This document shows positions 1 to 9,039 of a stretch of DNA of 64,000 bases, one piece after another (the first letter of the stretch is position 1; every line of letters starts with the position of its first letter). A program made the translations under genes and the position numbers. The notes under the pieces are model-generated. The model was not told the origin of the DNA and ran no database searches. It saw only the letters and a program-made list of their open reading frames with translations. Origin of the DNA: Alphaproteobacteria bacterium (GTDB lineage Bacteria > Pseudomonadota > Alphaproteobacteria > GM7ARS4 > G965262615); NCBI GenBank assembly GCA_965262615.1, contig OZ253545.1, positions 32,001 to 96,000 of the forward strand. The letters run 5' to 3'.

Positions 1-1100
1 CAGCCGCGATAAATCAAGGCGGTATAGAGTTGCACCGCCGATGCGCCCGCCGCCAGACGCGTCACCACATCCTCACCATCACTGATGCCACCACAGCTGA
101 TGACGGGAATGTGCTCAGGCAATTGCTGGCGCACCAGCCGTAACATCTGCAAGGAGCGTTGCTTGATGGGCAAGCCCGACAAACCGCCTATTTCTTTTTT
201 ATGATGACTTTTGAGATGAACAGGAGGTTTGTCTCTCGTGTTGCTGGTGTTGCTGACAATGAAACCATCCACACCCGCCGCCAAGGCACTCGTCACCTGC
301 TGACACAAAGCATCATCATCCATGTCGGGCGACAATTTTGCCAACAAAGGCACGCCTCCTTTTTTGTGCCATCCGCACCCCACCGAGAGTGCTGCCTCAA
401 TCACGGCGGCGGTCGGTGTGGGCTGTGTCAAGCTGCCAGTGGGAGCATTGGGACAAGACAAATTGAGCGTGATCCAATCACTGTAAGCAATGACATCATC
501 AATGGCGCGCCGATAATCATCAACGACGGTGCGAGTGTTTCCATTCAGCAATGTCTCTGTATTGGCAGCCACATTGACACCCAGCAACGGTAATTTTTCC
601 CCCTTCCTTTCACTCTCCAAACGAGTTCTTTTCAACCGATCTGCCAAAGCCGCCGAGCCATAATTGTTTATGCCGAAGTTATTGATGATCGCGCCGTCAG
701 CCTCCAAATGAAAAATTCGCCGCGGATTCTGATTGCCTTTTTGCGGCTTGGGCGTGACGCTTCCCAATTCCACAAATCCCACACCCAGTTTGCCCCAACC
801 ACGAATGGCAATGCCATTTTTATCCACACCCGCCGCCAAGCCAATGGGAGAACACACATCCCGACCAAAAAACTGCCTGCACAACGATGGCGAAACCGTC
901 ACCCGTTTGCGTTGCCAACGCACAAAATACAACATCGCCTTATGAGAGTGTTCAGGATGCTTTTCACGCGCCAAACGCATGGCACCTACTACAACCTTTT
1001 CGGCTTGTGCTCGTGCTGGGTGGACACTAAATCCTCGTTTTGCATAATCTGCCTTAACAGACCACGAACCTAGGCGATTGACCACATGTTTATAACTCAT
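1..1100 (-). CDS. pyrD: Dihydroorotate dehydrogenase (quinone), 3' end runs off the window
   Basis: Not in the ORF track; translated by hand. ATG at 1100 follows an AGGAGAGG RBS. Motifs PIGLAAGVDKNG, GFIVSNT, GGLSGLPI, VISCGGI and GASAVQLYTALIYRG. Confidence 0.93.
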   Translation of the reverse strand, partial: MSYKHVVNRLGSWSVKADYAKRGFSVHPARAQAEKVVVGAMRLAREKHPEHSHKAMLYFVRWQRKRVTVSPSLCRQFFGRDVCSPIGLAAGVDKNGIAIRGWGKLGVGFVELGSVTPKPQKGNQNPRRIFHLEADGAIINNFGINNYGSAALADRLKRTRLESERKGEKLPLLGVNVAANTETLLNGNTRTVVDDYRRAIDDVIAYSDWITLNLSCPNAPTGSLTQPTPTAAVIEAALSVGCGWHKKGGVPLLAKLSPDMDDDALCQQVTSALAAGVDGFIVSNTSNTRDKPPVHLKSHHKKEIGGLSGLPIKQRSLQMLRLVRQQLPEHIPVISCGGISDGEDVVTRLAAGASAVQLYTALIYRG

Positions 1101-1201
1101 TGGTTCCTCTCCTTGACATTGAGGGTTGAGAAATTTAGTGCAAAGACATAAATTCTCATTGGTGCACTACCCACATGCCGTAGCCACAATAGCATTGTTA
1201 C

Positions 1202-1276
1202 CAATATATGGCAATAGCTCAATATATGGCAATACACACTATGTGAAAATAGCACAATACATATGAAAATAACATA
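1202..1276. repeat. Short direct repeats in the pyrD / tRNA-Thr divergent intergenic region
   Basis: CAATATATGGCAATA at 1202-1216 and 1220-1234; ATGTGAAAATAGCACA at 1241-1256 and ATATGAAAATAACATA at 1261-1276. Confidence 0.6.
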
Positions 1277-1358
1277 TGCCTATCTATTTTTTGGTCTAGC
1301 GGATTCTATCAAACAATTTCATTGCGACTGATCGTGTTTGTCGTTACATAGAAGGAAT

Positions 1359-1431
1359 GCCGAATTAGCTCAGTTGGTAGAGCGGCTGATTTGTAATCAG
1401 TAGGTCGGGGGTTCGAATCCCTCATTCGGCA
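1359..1431 (+). tRNA. tRNA-Thr (anticodon TGT), CCA not encoded
   Basis: GCCGAAT acceptor stem pairs with ATTCGGC; D arm TAGCTCAGTTGGTAGAGC; anticodon loop TT-TGT-AA; T loop GGTTCGAATCC. Confidence 0.96.
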
Positions 1432-1727
1432 CCGTCTTTTTTCTCAAAGAGTTGTTCTTCCATGGCGATACATTGCTCAATCATCATGCGCCAGATGGCG
1501 GTGACTGTCTCGCCATCCATCGCCAGTGATTCAGCCGCTTGACGCTGTTTGCGAATGATTGCCTCAATGCGTTTTTCATCAATGATGTCCTCGCGCCCCT
1601 TGAAATCCACCACCTGTCGCACATAGGCACACCGCTCCGCCAATAGCAGTAGCAGTGCCTCATCAATGCGATCAATCTCTTGGCGAACCTCTGCAAGGGA
1701 GTCACATTTTTTTGCCTGATGACTCAT
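1422..1727 (-). CDS. Chorismate mutase, AroQ/type II (isochorismate-pyruvate lyase-like)
   Basis: SLAEVRQEIDRIDEALLLLLAER...IIDEKRIEAII signature. An alternative upstream start is at 1784. Confidence 0.88.
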   Translation of the reverse strand: MSHQAKKCDSLAEVRQEIDRIDEALLLLLAERCAYVRQVVDFKGREDIIDEKRIEAIIRKQRQAAESLAMDGETVTAIWRMMIEQCIAMEEQLFEKKDGAE

Positions 1728-1780
1728 GGTCGTTCCTGCCGTTTCCTCATGATGCTTTGTAGCATGAAGCCTTGCATGTT

Positions 1781-3133
1781 TCAATAAGACACCAAATCAT
1801 ATAATGCTTCCGTCTCGCCGTTCCAACGTTGCAACAACTGATGAGCAAATGTTTCTTGGTCTCGTGCTTGTTGCCACAAAGGAGCAAGATAGAGCGATTC
1901 GTCTCGTCCCTCGTCATCCACGATGTGTCGTCTGATCAAAGCTTCTTGTGCCATTTCCAACAAATCCAAGATGAGATGGTGCACAGTCTCGGCGGAATTG
2001 GTGTTGATTTTGCTGGCAAAACCATCCTTCATGATGGCTTCGCGCAATGCCTCTCGGTGCTCGTGTGATGATGCCCACGCCTTGATGCGATGCCACACAT
2101 CCGCAATGATGCTGGAGTCATAGAGCAATCCCGTCCACAAAGCCGCCAGTGCACAGATGGCTTGATGATGTCCGCCATCCGCCCCGCGCACCTCCAAATA
2201 ATGCTTCAGACGCACATCGGTAAAGACCGTGCTCATGTGATCGCGCATGTCGGCAAATGTGGCGCGTATTCCTCGCGCCTCGGGCAATGTGCCCGCCATG
2301 AAGTCACGAAAAGAACGCCCCGCCACATCATGATACGCACCGTCACGGCGATAAAAATACATCGGCACATCCAACAAATAAGAGGCATACCGCTCAAAAC
2401 CAAAACCATCCTCAAACACAAAGGGCAAATCACCGCAGCGGTCATCATCGGTGTCGCGCCACACATGAGAGCGATAACTGAGCCAATCGGTGCGAACCCC
2501 CTCCTTGAGAGGTGAGTGGGCAAATAAAAATTGAACCACCGATTGCAGTGCCAGCGCAATGCGAAATTGCCGCACCATCGTGGCTTCGCTGTCAAAATCC
2601 ACATTGACCTGAATGGAACAAGTGCGCAGCATCATGTCCAGCCCCAAGCTTCCCTGCTGCGGCATGTAGCGGCGCATGATGTCGTAGCGAGCTTTGGGCA
2701 TCCAGTGAATCTCATCCCGATGCCAGAAGGGAGCAAACCCCATGCCGAACAAACCCAAATGCAATGGCTCGGCGGCTTTGCGACACTCGCGCAAATGACG
2801 CGCCACTTCCTCACAAGTGCGGTGAATATTCTTCACCGCCGCCCCTGACAGTTCAATCTGCCCCCCCGGCTCTAGCGTGATGGATGCGTTGTCTTTTTGC
2901 AAAGCAATCAGTGTGTCGTCTTCATACACCCCCTGCCAGCCGTGGACGATGAATTGTCGCAGAAATGATTGCACCCCTCGCGCGCCCTCGTAGGGCACCG
3001 GAGCGAGGTTTTTTTTGTCAAAAAGAAATTTCTCATGTTCCGTGCCGATGCGCCATTGGTCACGGGGGGTGATTCCCGATTCCAGATAGGCGGCGATGGC
3101 ATCGGGATTTTCTATGATGTCATCTTCGTTCAT
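1781..3133 (-). CDS. gshA: Glutamate--cysteine ligase (GCS2, alphaproteobacterial/plant type)
   Basis: Motifs RIGTEHEKF, ITLEPGGQIELSGA, MPKARYDIMRRYMP, GLDMMLRTC and YLEVRGADGG. Confidence 0.95.
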   Translation of the reverse strand: MNEDDIIENPDAIAAYLESGITPRDQWRIGTEHEKFLFDKKNLAPVPYEGARGVQSFLRQFIVHGWQGVYEDDTLIALQKDNASITLEPGGQIELSGAAVKNIHRTCEEVARHLRECRKAAEPLHLGLFGMGFAPFWHRDEIHWMPKARYDIMRRYMPQQGSLGLDMMLRTCSIQVNVDFDSEATMVRQFRIALALQSVVQFLFAHSPLKEGVRTDWLSYRSHVWRDTDDDRCGDLPFVFEDGFGFERYASYLLDVPMYFYRRDGAYHDVAGRSFRDFMAGTLPEARGIRATFADMRDHMSTVFTDVRLKHYLEVRGADGGHHQAICALAALWTGLLYDSSIIADVWHRIKAWASSHEHREALREAIMKDGFASKINTNSAETVHHLILDLLEMAQEALIRRHIVDDEGRDESLYLAPLWQQARDQETFAHQLLQRWNGETEALYDLVSY

Positions 3134-3890
3134 GGTGCGTCATTCGTGCCAGTTGCAAAAGAGAGAGTGCCAAAAATGCGGCACTATCCACTCTATAGAA
3201 GTTTTGTCCCAAATGCACCTGTTCAATTGTGCTGGCGGATGGATGGCGGGCGACCCAATGACACTCCTCATCGCTCCAGCCGCCCTCAGAGCCAATGATG
3301 ACTCCCGCGCCAGAAGAAACATCGCCCTGCGCACAATGATGCCATAGATGTTGCGTGGGGTGAGAGGCATCATAGGGATGACAAAAAAACAACCGAACCC
3401 GAGATGACCAAATGTCAATGGCTTGAGCAAAAGAACAAAGGGGCTTGATTGTGGGGCATGAAAGTAACCCGCATTGTTCGGTTGCCGCCATGGCAACCGC
3501 AATTGATGATGCATGGTTGATGGAACGGCGCGCTGAGTGATGACTCACCACAGGCTGAATGACATCACAGCCGGCTTGGACGGCTTGTTCAATCACATGA
3601 TGCCAACGAGACCCCTTAGGCGGCGCACACAACAACACAAGGGGTTGTGATTCATCCACTGCCCGTAGCTGTTCGCCCACAGAAACGACCAAACATTCCT
3701 TGCTGATGGAGCGAATCACGCCGTGCCATTCACCATCACGCCCATTGAAAACACGCATCTCATCACCCACTTTTGCCCGCAGAACATGAGCCAGCTTGTG
3801 AAAATGACCATGCCTCCTGTCAATTGTGATTTTGACCCCATGCCCAAGAGATTCATTCACCAAAAATCGTCTGAATGTATGAAGGTTCAC
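3120..3890 (-). CDS. rsmE: 16S rRNA m3U1498 methyltransferase
   Basis: HVLRAKVGDEMRVFNG, AATEQCG, IIGSEGGWSDEE and LGQNFYRVDSAA (a divergent LGxRILRxETA). Confidence 0.88.
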   Translation of the reverse strand: MNLHTFRRFLVNESLGHGVKITIDRRHGHFHKLAHVLRAKVGDEMRVFNGRDGEWHGVIRSISKECLVVSVGEQLRAVDESQPLVLLCAPPKGSRWHHVIEQAVQAGCDVIQPVVSHHSARRSINHASSIAVAMAATEQCGLLSCPTIKPLCSFAQAIDIWSSRVRLFFCHPYDASHPTQHLWHHCAQGDVSSGAGVIIGSEGGWSDEECHWVARHPSASTIEQVHLGQNFYRVDSAAFLALSLLQLARMTHHERR

Positions 3891-3988
3891 GGTTCACGGT
3901 TCACAGTTTATGGTTCATGGTTCACAGTTTATGGTTCATGGTTCATGGTTCATGGTTCATGGTTCATCATCATCATCATCATCATTAT
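3884..3988. repeat. 12 x 7-bp tandem repeat (GGTTCAC/GGTTCAT/AGTTTAT) followed by a (CAT)n run
   Basis: Units counted directly at 3884-3967, then six CAT at 3968-3985. The array overlaps the predicted rsmE start. Confidence 0.92.
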
Positions 3989-3989
3989 C

Positions 3990-4024
3990 AAAAAAATAGG
4001 GGCGACATTGCTGCCGCCCCTATT
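3990..4024 (-). terminator. Rho-independent terminator of the 586-aa outer-membrane protein gene
   Basis: Stem AATAGGGGCG / CGCCCCTATT, followed on the minus strand by a T7 run, ~25 bp after the stop at 4049. Confidence 0.8.
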
Positions 4025-4048
4025 GCAAGGTTGTCTTTCAGCGAACGA

Positions 4049-5809
4049 TTACAAGGGACCGAGACCGTCAAAGGTGTAACCAAGTCCAAGAGAGATGCGG
4101 TTGTCATCAAACCCACCGTAATTGAGGATTCTGCCGTCTTGCACACCGCCACGCCCAAGCACCGTCACATTGCGTTCTTCATGGTCCAGATAAGTCCAAT
4201 CCATGCGCATGAAGAGATTGTCATAAAGGACACTTTCCACCCCCAAGCCAATGCGATAACTGCCCAATCTGTATTTGTCCACCTCCACAGACGAACTACC
4301 AAGAGTCGCATCGGCGATACTATTACAGGGATTTGTAACATCAGCATTGGATGTGAAATTGGAACTGTGATTCTCGTTTTCAAACTGCGTCCACCCATAA
4401 CCGCCCTTGAGATAAACAAGGGTCTGTGGCGTGAAGCGATAGCCCAACCGTCCCAAAAGGGCAACATCAGAGTGGCGTTTGAAAACATCGCTCCTGACAG
4501 TACAGTTATTAACCGCTGATTGTCCTGCTCCCGTTGTCGCACCCGGCGTTAAACCGTAGTTTTTCGCCACTTCACTCTCAGTGGGGCTACCGAACTCAAT
4601 TTCGCTTCCCAAATAGATGCCATCCAATTGGGATCTTTCAAAAACACGCCCCATGTCAAACCCATAGCCAACGAAACCTGCCCAGCCAAAGAAGTCCTGA
4701 CCAAAATCATTGCTCTTGTTTGTCCTGGTATTGCTCGTGCCAGAGGTGGTTCTCCAATTTGTCGAATCGGACTCGTTGTAAGCGGCATTGCTGTGGTGGA
4801 AGAGTGCTCCAGCATAGACACCATCACCGACCACGCCGCCTCTGACCTTCATGTTCTTGTGCTCGCCCTCACTGCCCGGATAGAAGGTAAAGCCCACCTG
4901 CAATGAATATGTGCGAGCGGCATACTGACGGTTATCACCTGTTCCTGTCGCCAAAACTGCGTCGCGACTGCCCGAATCACGAGTATCCAGCGCGTCCAGA
5001 GAATCATCGTAATCTCTGACAAGCCAGCCAAAGCGCAAGGCACTGCGATCACCAATGGCGATTTCCGAGCCGAAACCAAAGTTCCAAGCGTGGGCAACAT
5101 CACGAGAACCACGCACCTGAGAAGAACCACGGCTTGCTATGTCATAGAATCCCATGCTGTAGCCCACCTGCGTATAGAACAAATGATAAGGCTGCACCAA
5201 GTAACCCATGCGGGTGGAAAAATCCAAATCATAATCCATATTAACCGTGCGCGACCTCATATCAGAAGTTGGGGTCACACCCGCAGGGGTCGTGCTCGTC
5301 CCCGAATAGGTCTGTTGATCATCAGTATAGCTGTATCTTTTCTTGGTGATGGATGCGCCAAACTCACCTCCCAGATAGAAGCCGTGACGCTCAAACACTT
5401 CACCAACTCCCAGAAACATACCAAATCCACTGTTGTCACTAAAGGCGTTGAGGCTGCCATCACCCGCCGCTTGCGTAGCATTACCGGCAGCAGAACTATT
5501 TCGTTCCATTCTGCTGGCGTTATCCCGAACGACACCGCTGGAATTTTGCAACAGGAATCCCAAATAGGGACCCTCAAACATATAGCTGCGAGAGATGATG
5601 CGTCCTCTGCGTATGTCGCGAACTTCCGGCTCGAAATCCTCATCAGCAAATTCAAAGGTGGTGTCTTCAAATTCGTCATAATACTCTTCTTCGTCTCCGA
5701 CATCGGCAAACGATTGAGACACACTCAACGACACCGCCAAGAGAATCATCACCAACAAACGAAGGTGACCATCGGTATCCCTTTTTAAGAAATTAGCAAG
5801 CATTGACAT
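4049..5809 (-). CDS. Outer-membrane protein with two tandem Omp25/RopB-like beta-barrel domains
   Basis: Signal peptide (...SQSFA) and an acidic N-terminal segment. Domain 1 runs FEGPYLG...SLQVGFTF; domain 2 runs DGVYAG...RLGYRFTPQTLVYLKGGY...DNRISLGLGYTF. Confidence 0.8.
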   Translation of the reverse strand: MSMLANFLKRDTDGHLRLLVMILLAVSLSVSQSFADVGDEEEYYDEFEDTTFEFADEDFEPEVRDIRRGRIISRSYMFEGPYLGFLLQNSSGVVRDNASRMERNSSAAGNATQAAGDGSLNAFSDNSGFGMFLGVGEVFERHGFYLGGEFGASITKKRYSYTDDQQTYSGTSTTPAGVTPTSDMRSRTVNMDYDLDFSTRMGYLVQPYHLFYTQVGYSMGFYDIASRGSSQVRGSRDVAHAWNFGFGSEIAIGDRSALRFGWLVRDYDDSLDALDTRDSGSRDAVLATGTGDNRQYAARTYSLQVGFTFYPGSEGEHKNMKVRGGVVGDGVYAGALFHHSNAAYNESDSTNWRTTSGTSNTRTNKSNDFGQDFFGWAGFVGYGFDMGRVFERSQLDGIYLGSEIEFGSPTESEVAKNYGLTPGATTGAGQSAVNNCTVRSDVFKRHSDVALLGRLGYRFTPQTLVYLKGGYGWTQFENENHSSNFTSNADVTNPCNSIADATLGSSSVEVDKYRLGSYRIGLGVESVLYDNLFMRMDWTYLDHEERNVTVLGRGGVQDGRILNYGGFDDNRISLGLGYTFDGLGPL

Positions 5810-6000
5810 AGCTTCTCTCCTTCAAGAAATGAGAGACAGGTGACTCATTGACTGTAGCACCCCATCTCCGCAAAGATTCATGTTAGCGATACACACCCCA
5901 CACCTCACTCACGGCAAAGCCCATGACATGTATCATTCCCATTTTTACATCATCTTTTATAAAAAGTAAAGCCCCAATTCATAATGATGATGAGAAAATT

Positions 6001-7368
6001 TTATAAGCCCCACTGGTCAAACGCATAAATGACGGCAAGACTAATGCGATTTTCTTGAATGTTATGCAGGGCTCTGTTGTCACCAATGGTGAAATCCAGC
6101 ACATCGGCATAAGTCCAATCCAATCGGGCGGTGATGTTGTCGTAGACGACGCTTTCAATTCCCGTTCCCACAGAAAATCCGTTGACAAAAGTTTTAGCCG
6201 AAGTGGCACTGCTGCCCCCCTGTTCATACTCCAAGCGCACCCAGTTGTAGCCGCCGCGCGCATACACCATCGTTGCCGGCGTATACAGATATCCAATCCG
6301 CACACCCCAATCAATGGCAACGGGACGCTTGATCTCAGAATCACTGCCCTCATAGACAGTGTGAGAGACCAAGTTCGTGTCAAGACGCAATTCAGTTCCC
6401 AAGTAAATGTCTCTTCGTCCCTTGAAGAAGCGATTGGATCCGATTCCCACAATGCCGCCCACACTGCCGCCTCTCATGCCGACACTATCGCTACTGGCGG
6501 CTGTGTTGCCATCACGCAAATCAGCGGCACTGCTGTATTGACCCTTCACCCCCACATAGACACCATTGAACACAACGCGATTCACCTTCATTCGGCGAGC
6601 ATCAGGACGCTCCTCAAAGCGATAGACCAACCCCACCCGAGAGGTAAAGCTGCGGGGTTTGAGTTCGGTGCGCGGATTATATGCTCCCAAAGACAATTCA
6701 TAATAATCTCGCATCGCCCAATCCAAACGGAAGAAGGCGTTGCCGCCGAGGGACGCCTCCATGCCCAAGCCCACATGATACCCATGCAACAACTGAGCCT
6801 TCTCCAGCGTGATGGTATCGCCTTGCCTGTAATTATAATTAAAGTTGCTGGCACTGTATCCGCCCTGCAGGAACATGAGCGCGCCGTCATGAGAGGCGTA
6901 GGATAATCTCATTCCCACATCAAAGTCGTAGGTGTTTTCCAGATTGTAGAAATCAGTCGCCGACCGAGAAACATGCGTACGCCGCTTAATGATAGAAACC
7001 GACGATGCACCGCCCACATAAAAGTGATGACCATTCTTTGCCATGACCATGTAATCGTATCCGCCATAGAAAGTTCCTCCCATGACGCTCTGCAATCCGC
7101 GATCCTCCGCGCCGTTTGCGCTGGTCTCATTGGAGTATCCCGTTCCGTAGGCGAGTCCAGCCCCGCCGTGACTGCCCTCAAAATAACGAGACTCAGGTTG
7201 CAATGACACACGATCCATTGGCATGGTGTCCGATGGCATGGCATCGGTTTGCATGGTGTCATATGACATGTCGTCATATTGGGCGTGGGCACTGCTCGCC
7301 ATCACACCGCCAAGAGCAAAGCTCAGAACGGCAGCAACGAAGCAAAAATAAGGTGTTTTCATTGTCAT
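6001..7368 (-). CDS. Second outer-membrane protein with two tandem Omp25/RopB-like beta-barrel domains (paralog of 4049-5809)
   Basis: Signal peptide (...SSAHA). Domain 1 runs FEGSHGG...RVGLVYRF; domain 2 runs FNGVYVG...RIGYLYTPATMVYARGGY...ENRISLAVIYAF. Confidence 0.8.
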   Translation of the reverse strand: MTMKTPYFCFVAAVLSFALGGVMASSAHAQYDDMSYDTMQTDAMPSDTMPMDRVSLQPESRYFEGSHGGAGLAYGTGYSNETSANGAEDRGLQSVMGGTFYGGYDYMVMAKNGHHFYVGGASSVSIIKRRTHVSRSATDFYNLENTYDFDVGMRLSYASHDGALMFLQGGYSASNFNYNYRQGDTITLEKAQLLHGYHVGLGMEASLGGNAFFRLDWAMRDYYELSLGAYNPRTELKPRSFTSRVGLVYRFEERPDARRMKVNRVVFNGVYVGVKGQYSSAADLRDGNTAASSDSVGMRGGSVGGIVGIGSNRFFKGRRDIYLGTELRLDTNLVSHTVYEGSDSEIKRPVAIDWGVRIGYLYTPATMVYARGGYNWVRLEYEQGGSSATSAKTFVNGFSVGTGIESVVYDNITARLDWTYADVLDFTIGDNRALHNIQENRISLAVIYAFDQWGL

Positions 7369-7575
7369 GGGTCTTCCTCACAATCGTATCAGACATAAAT
7401 TCTTTCTTGTGTGACACATCAAAAACTATGAAACAGCTATAAAAGCTATGAAACAGCTATGACACATCAAAAATGCGAGACACGGTACGAGCCCCGTCAT
7501 CGCGAGGTATCATAACAAAACGAGAGCCGTAGGGCAAGCATGAAAATGTCAGTTTTTGGTCATCCATGACAAGGA

Positions 7576-8538
7576 TTATACTTTAATCTGGGGCGATATA
7601 TTGAGTGAGCCTTTTTCATTGCTCTTGATATAGCCCGTGTCCTTGCTGTCAAAAATGGCTTTGGTGAGTTCCAGCAAAATCAAGTTCTTCACCTCTTTTT
7701 CATTGTCGCTATCGGTCGCCATCACAGAATCCAGTATTGCCCTGTGAGAATTCAGGGCATTTTGTCTCTGCCTGTTGAGATTGTATAAGTGCCGTTCCGC
7801 CGCATGACCCTTAGAAAAATGGGCAATCAAAAATATCCCCAGAGACAAGACAAAAAATTTAAGCAAGGCATTGCTGACAAACATCCCATAATCTACTTGA
7901 CCATCTTTTGGAAAAGATGTGCCATCAACATAGAAGGCAACGGCAAGAATTGCCGTAACAACAATACAGCCTATCATAGTCCGAAAATTTTTATGGGCTC
8001 TTCTTTTATTCTCCTTTGCCTCATCCCCAAAGAAAGTGCCGAATTTTTCTCCCTCTTCTTTCTGCTTTTCTGTTTGAGCACTTTGAAGAAGCTCCTCTGC
8101 TTTTTTCACATTGTCCAAGCCACCCTTGAGGGCATCTAAAAGTTTTTTCGCCTGTTCTTCAGTATTCTTTAGCTTTTCATCCTCATGAGAGCCAATAGCT
8201 CGCATATATTCTCTGACCGTAGAAGTGCGTTGAATGATGTCACTTTTCTTGTTTTTAATCTTGCTGATATAATTTTCCTTTTCTGCCGTATCTCCAAAAT
8301 TTCTCACATCTTGAGCAAAACCAAAAAAATTTTGCAATAGATTTTCCATTTCTTGTACACGGTTATCGGGCAAATCGGCAAAATTTGGATGGAATAAAAT
8401 ATCATCAAATACCTTTTTGATTTGAGCAAAATCCTTTTCTGCTCCTTTTAAATTATGGTTGCCCAAGTCCTCACGGAGCAACGCGTTCCACGCCAATTGC
8501 TCGTATGCTTTTTTTATATCGGGATTAAGTTCAGCCAT
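7576..8538 (-). CDS. Hypothetical protein: coiled-coil N-terminus, two predicted TM helices, cytoplasmic C-terminal domain
   Basis: 320 aa, AT-rich. Hydrophobic segments MIGCIVVTAILAVAFYV and LLKFFVLSLGIFLIAHF; K/E-rich helical region. Confidence 0.8.
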   Translation of the reverse strand: MAELNPDIKKAYEQLAWNALLREDLGNHNLKGAEKDFAQIKKVFDDILFHPNFADLPDNRVQEMENLLQNFFGFAQDVRNFGDTAEKENYISKIKNKKSDIIQRTSTVREYMRAIGSHEDEKLKNTEEQAKKLLDALKGGLDNVKKAEELLQSAQTEKQKEEGEKFGTFFGDEAKENKRRAHKNFRTMIGCIVVTAILAVAFYVDGTSFPKDGQVDYGMFVSNALLKFFVLSLGIFLIAHFSKGHAAERHLYNLNRQRQNALNSHRAILDSVMATDSDNEKEVKNLILLELTKAIFDSKDTGYIKSNEKGSLNISPQIKV

Positions 8539-8576
8539 CCTGACACCTTGAGGAATTTTACCCCTTCGCTCTCACA

Positions 8577-8819
8577 TCAATGCTTCTTGTCACGCGGTGG
8601 GAATGGGTCATTGCCAGGGGCAACCGTGTCTGAATCCCGCCATCTGCCATATTTATTTTGTGTCACAACTTCGCCGCCGCCATTATTTTCGACTATTTCC
8701 TTTGCAGCTTCTTGGGCTTGTGCTTGCGTTGAGTGGATACTAGAGGCTCGCTGTGCATTAGGTGCTTTAACAGCCCAGCCATCTGGGTGTTTGACGACAT
8801 ATCTATTATTACTTGACAT
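8577..8819 (-). CDS. DUF2188-family small protein
   Basis: YVVKHPDGWAVKAPNAQRASSIHSTQAQA...GEVVTQNKYGRWRDSDT...GNDPFPPRD. An AGGAG RBS precedes the ATG at 8819. Confidence 0.85.
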   Translation of the reverse strand: MSSNNRYVVKHPDGWAVKAPNAQRASSIHSTQAQAQEAAKEIVENNGGGEVVTQNKYGRWRDSDTVAPGNDPFPPRDKKH

Positions 8820-8939
8820 TGCTTTGCTCCTTGATTTTGGAGTTTGGAAAAATGGTCTATAAGACACAAGCCTTGCAGACATCGACACCATTTATGGTAG
8901 CCAAAATATAAAAAATGTCAATATATTGTGGAAAATAAA

Positions 8940-8968
8940 TTTTGCGGTGTGAATTTTACACCGCAAAA
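8940..8968. terminator. Inverted repeat / probable terminator just outside the att site
   Basis: TTTTGCGGTGT-N7-ACACCGCAAAA, a perfect 11-bp stem ~20 bp downstream of the tRNA 3'-end copy. Confidence 0.65.
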
Positions 8969-8986
8969 CTCAACGCTTCATCTTTT

Positions 8987-9039
8987 TGGCGTAGAGGGGG
9001 GGGGGATTCGAACCCCTGATACGGCTCAAAACCGTATAA
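8987..9039 (-). repeat. att site: degenerate duplicate of the tRNA-Ser 3' end
   Basis: Matches 18591-18640 (TGGCGGAGAG...GATTCGAACCCCCGATACGGCTCAAAACCGTATAA) with 2 substitutions and the G run expanded from 7 to 10. Confidence 0.93.

Noticed and set aside
3875-4519. 214-aa ORF with a poly-His run (His-tag or vector contamination)
   Set aside because: The His run comes from the (CAT)n microsatellite, and the rest is antisense to the OMP gene.
8987-9039. A second tRNA-Ser gene
   Set aside because: Only the 3' ~50 nt are present (no D arm or anticodon) and the acceptor strand is mutated; it is an att remnant.
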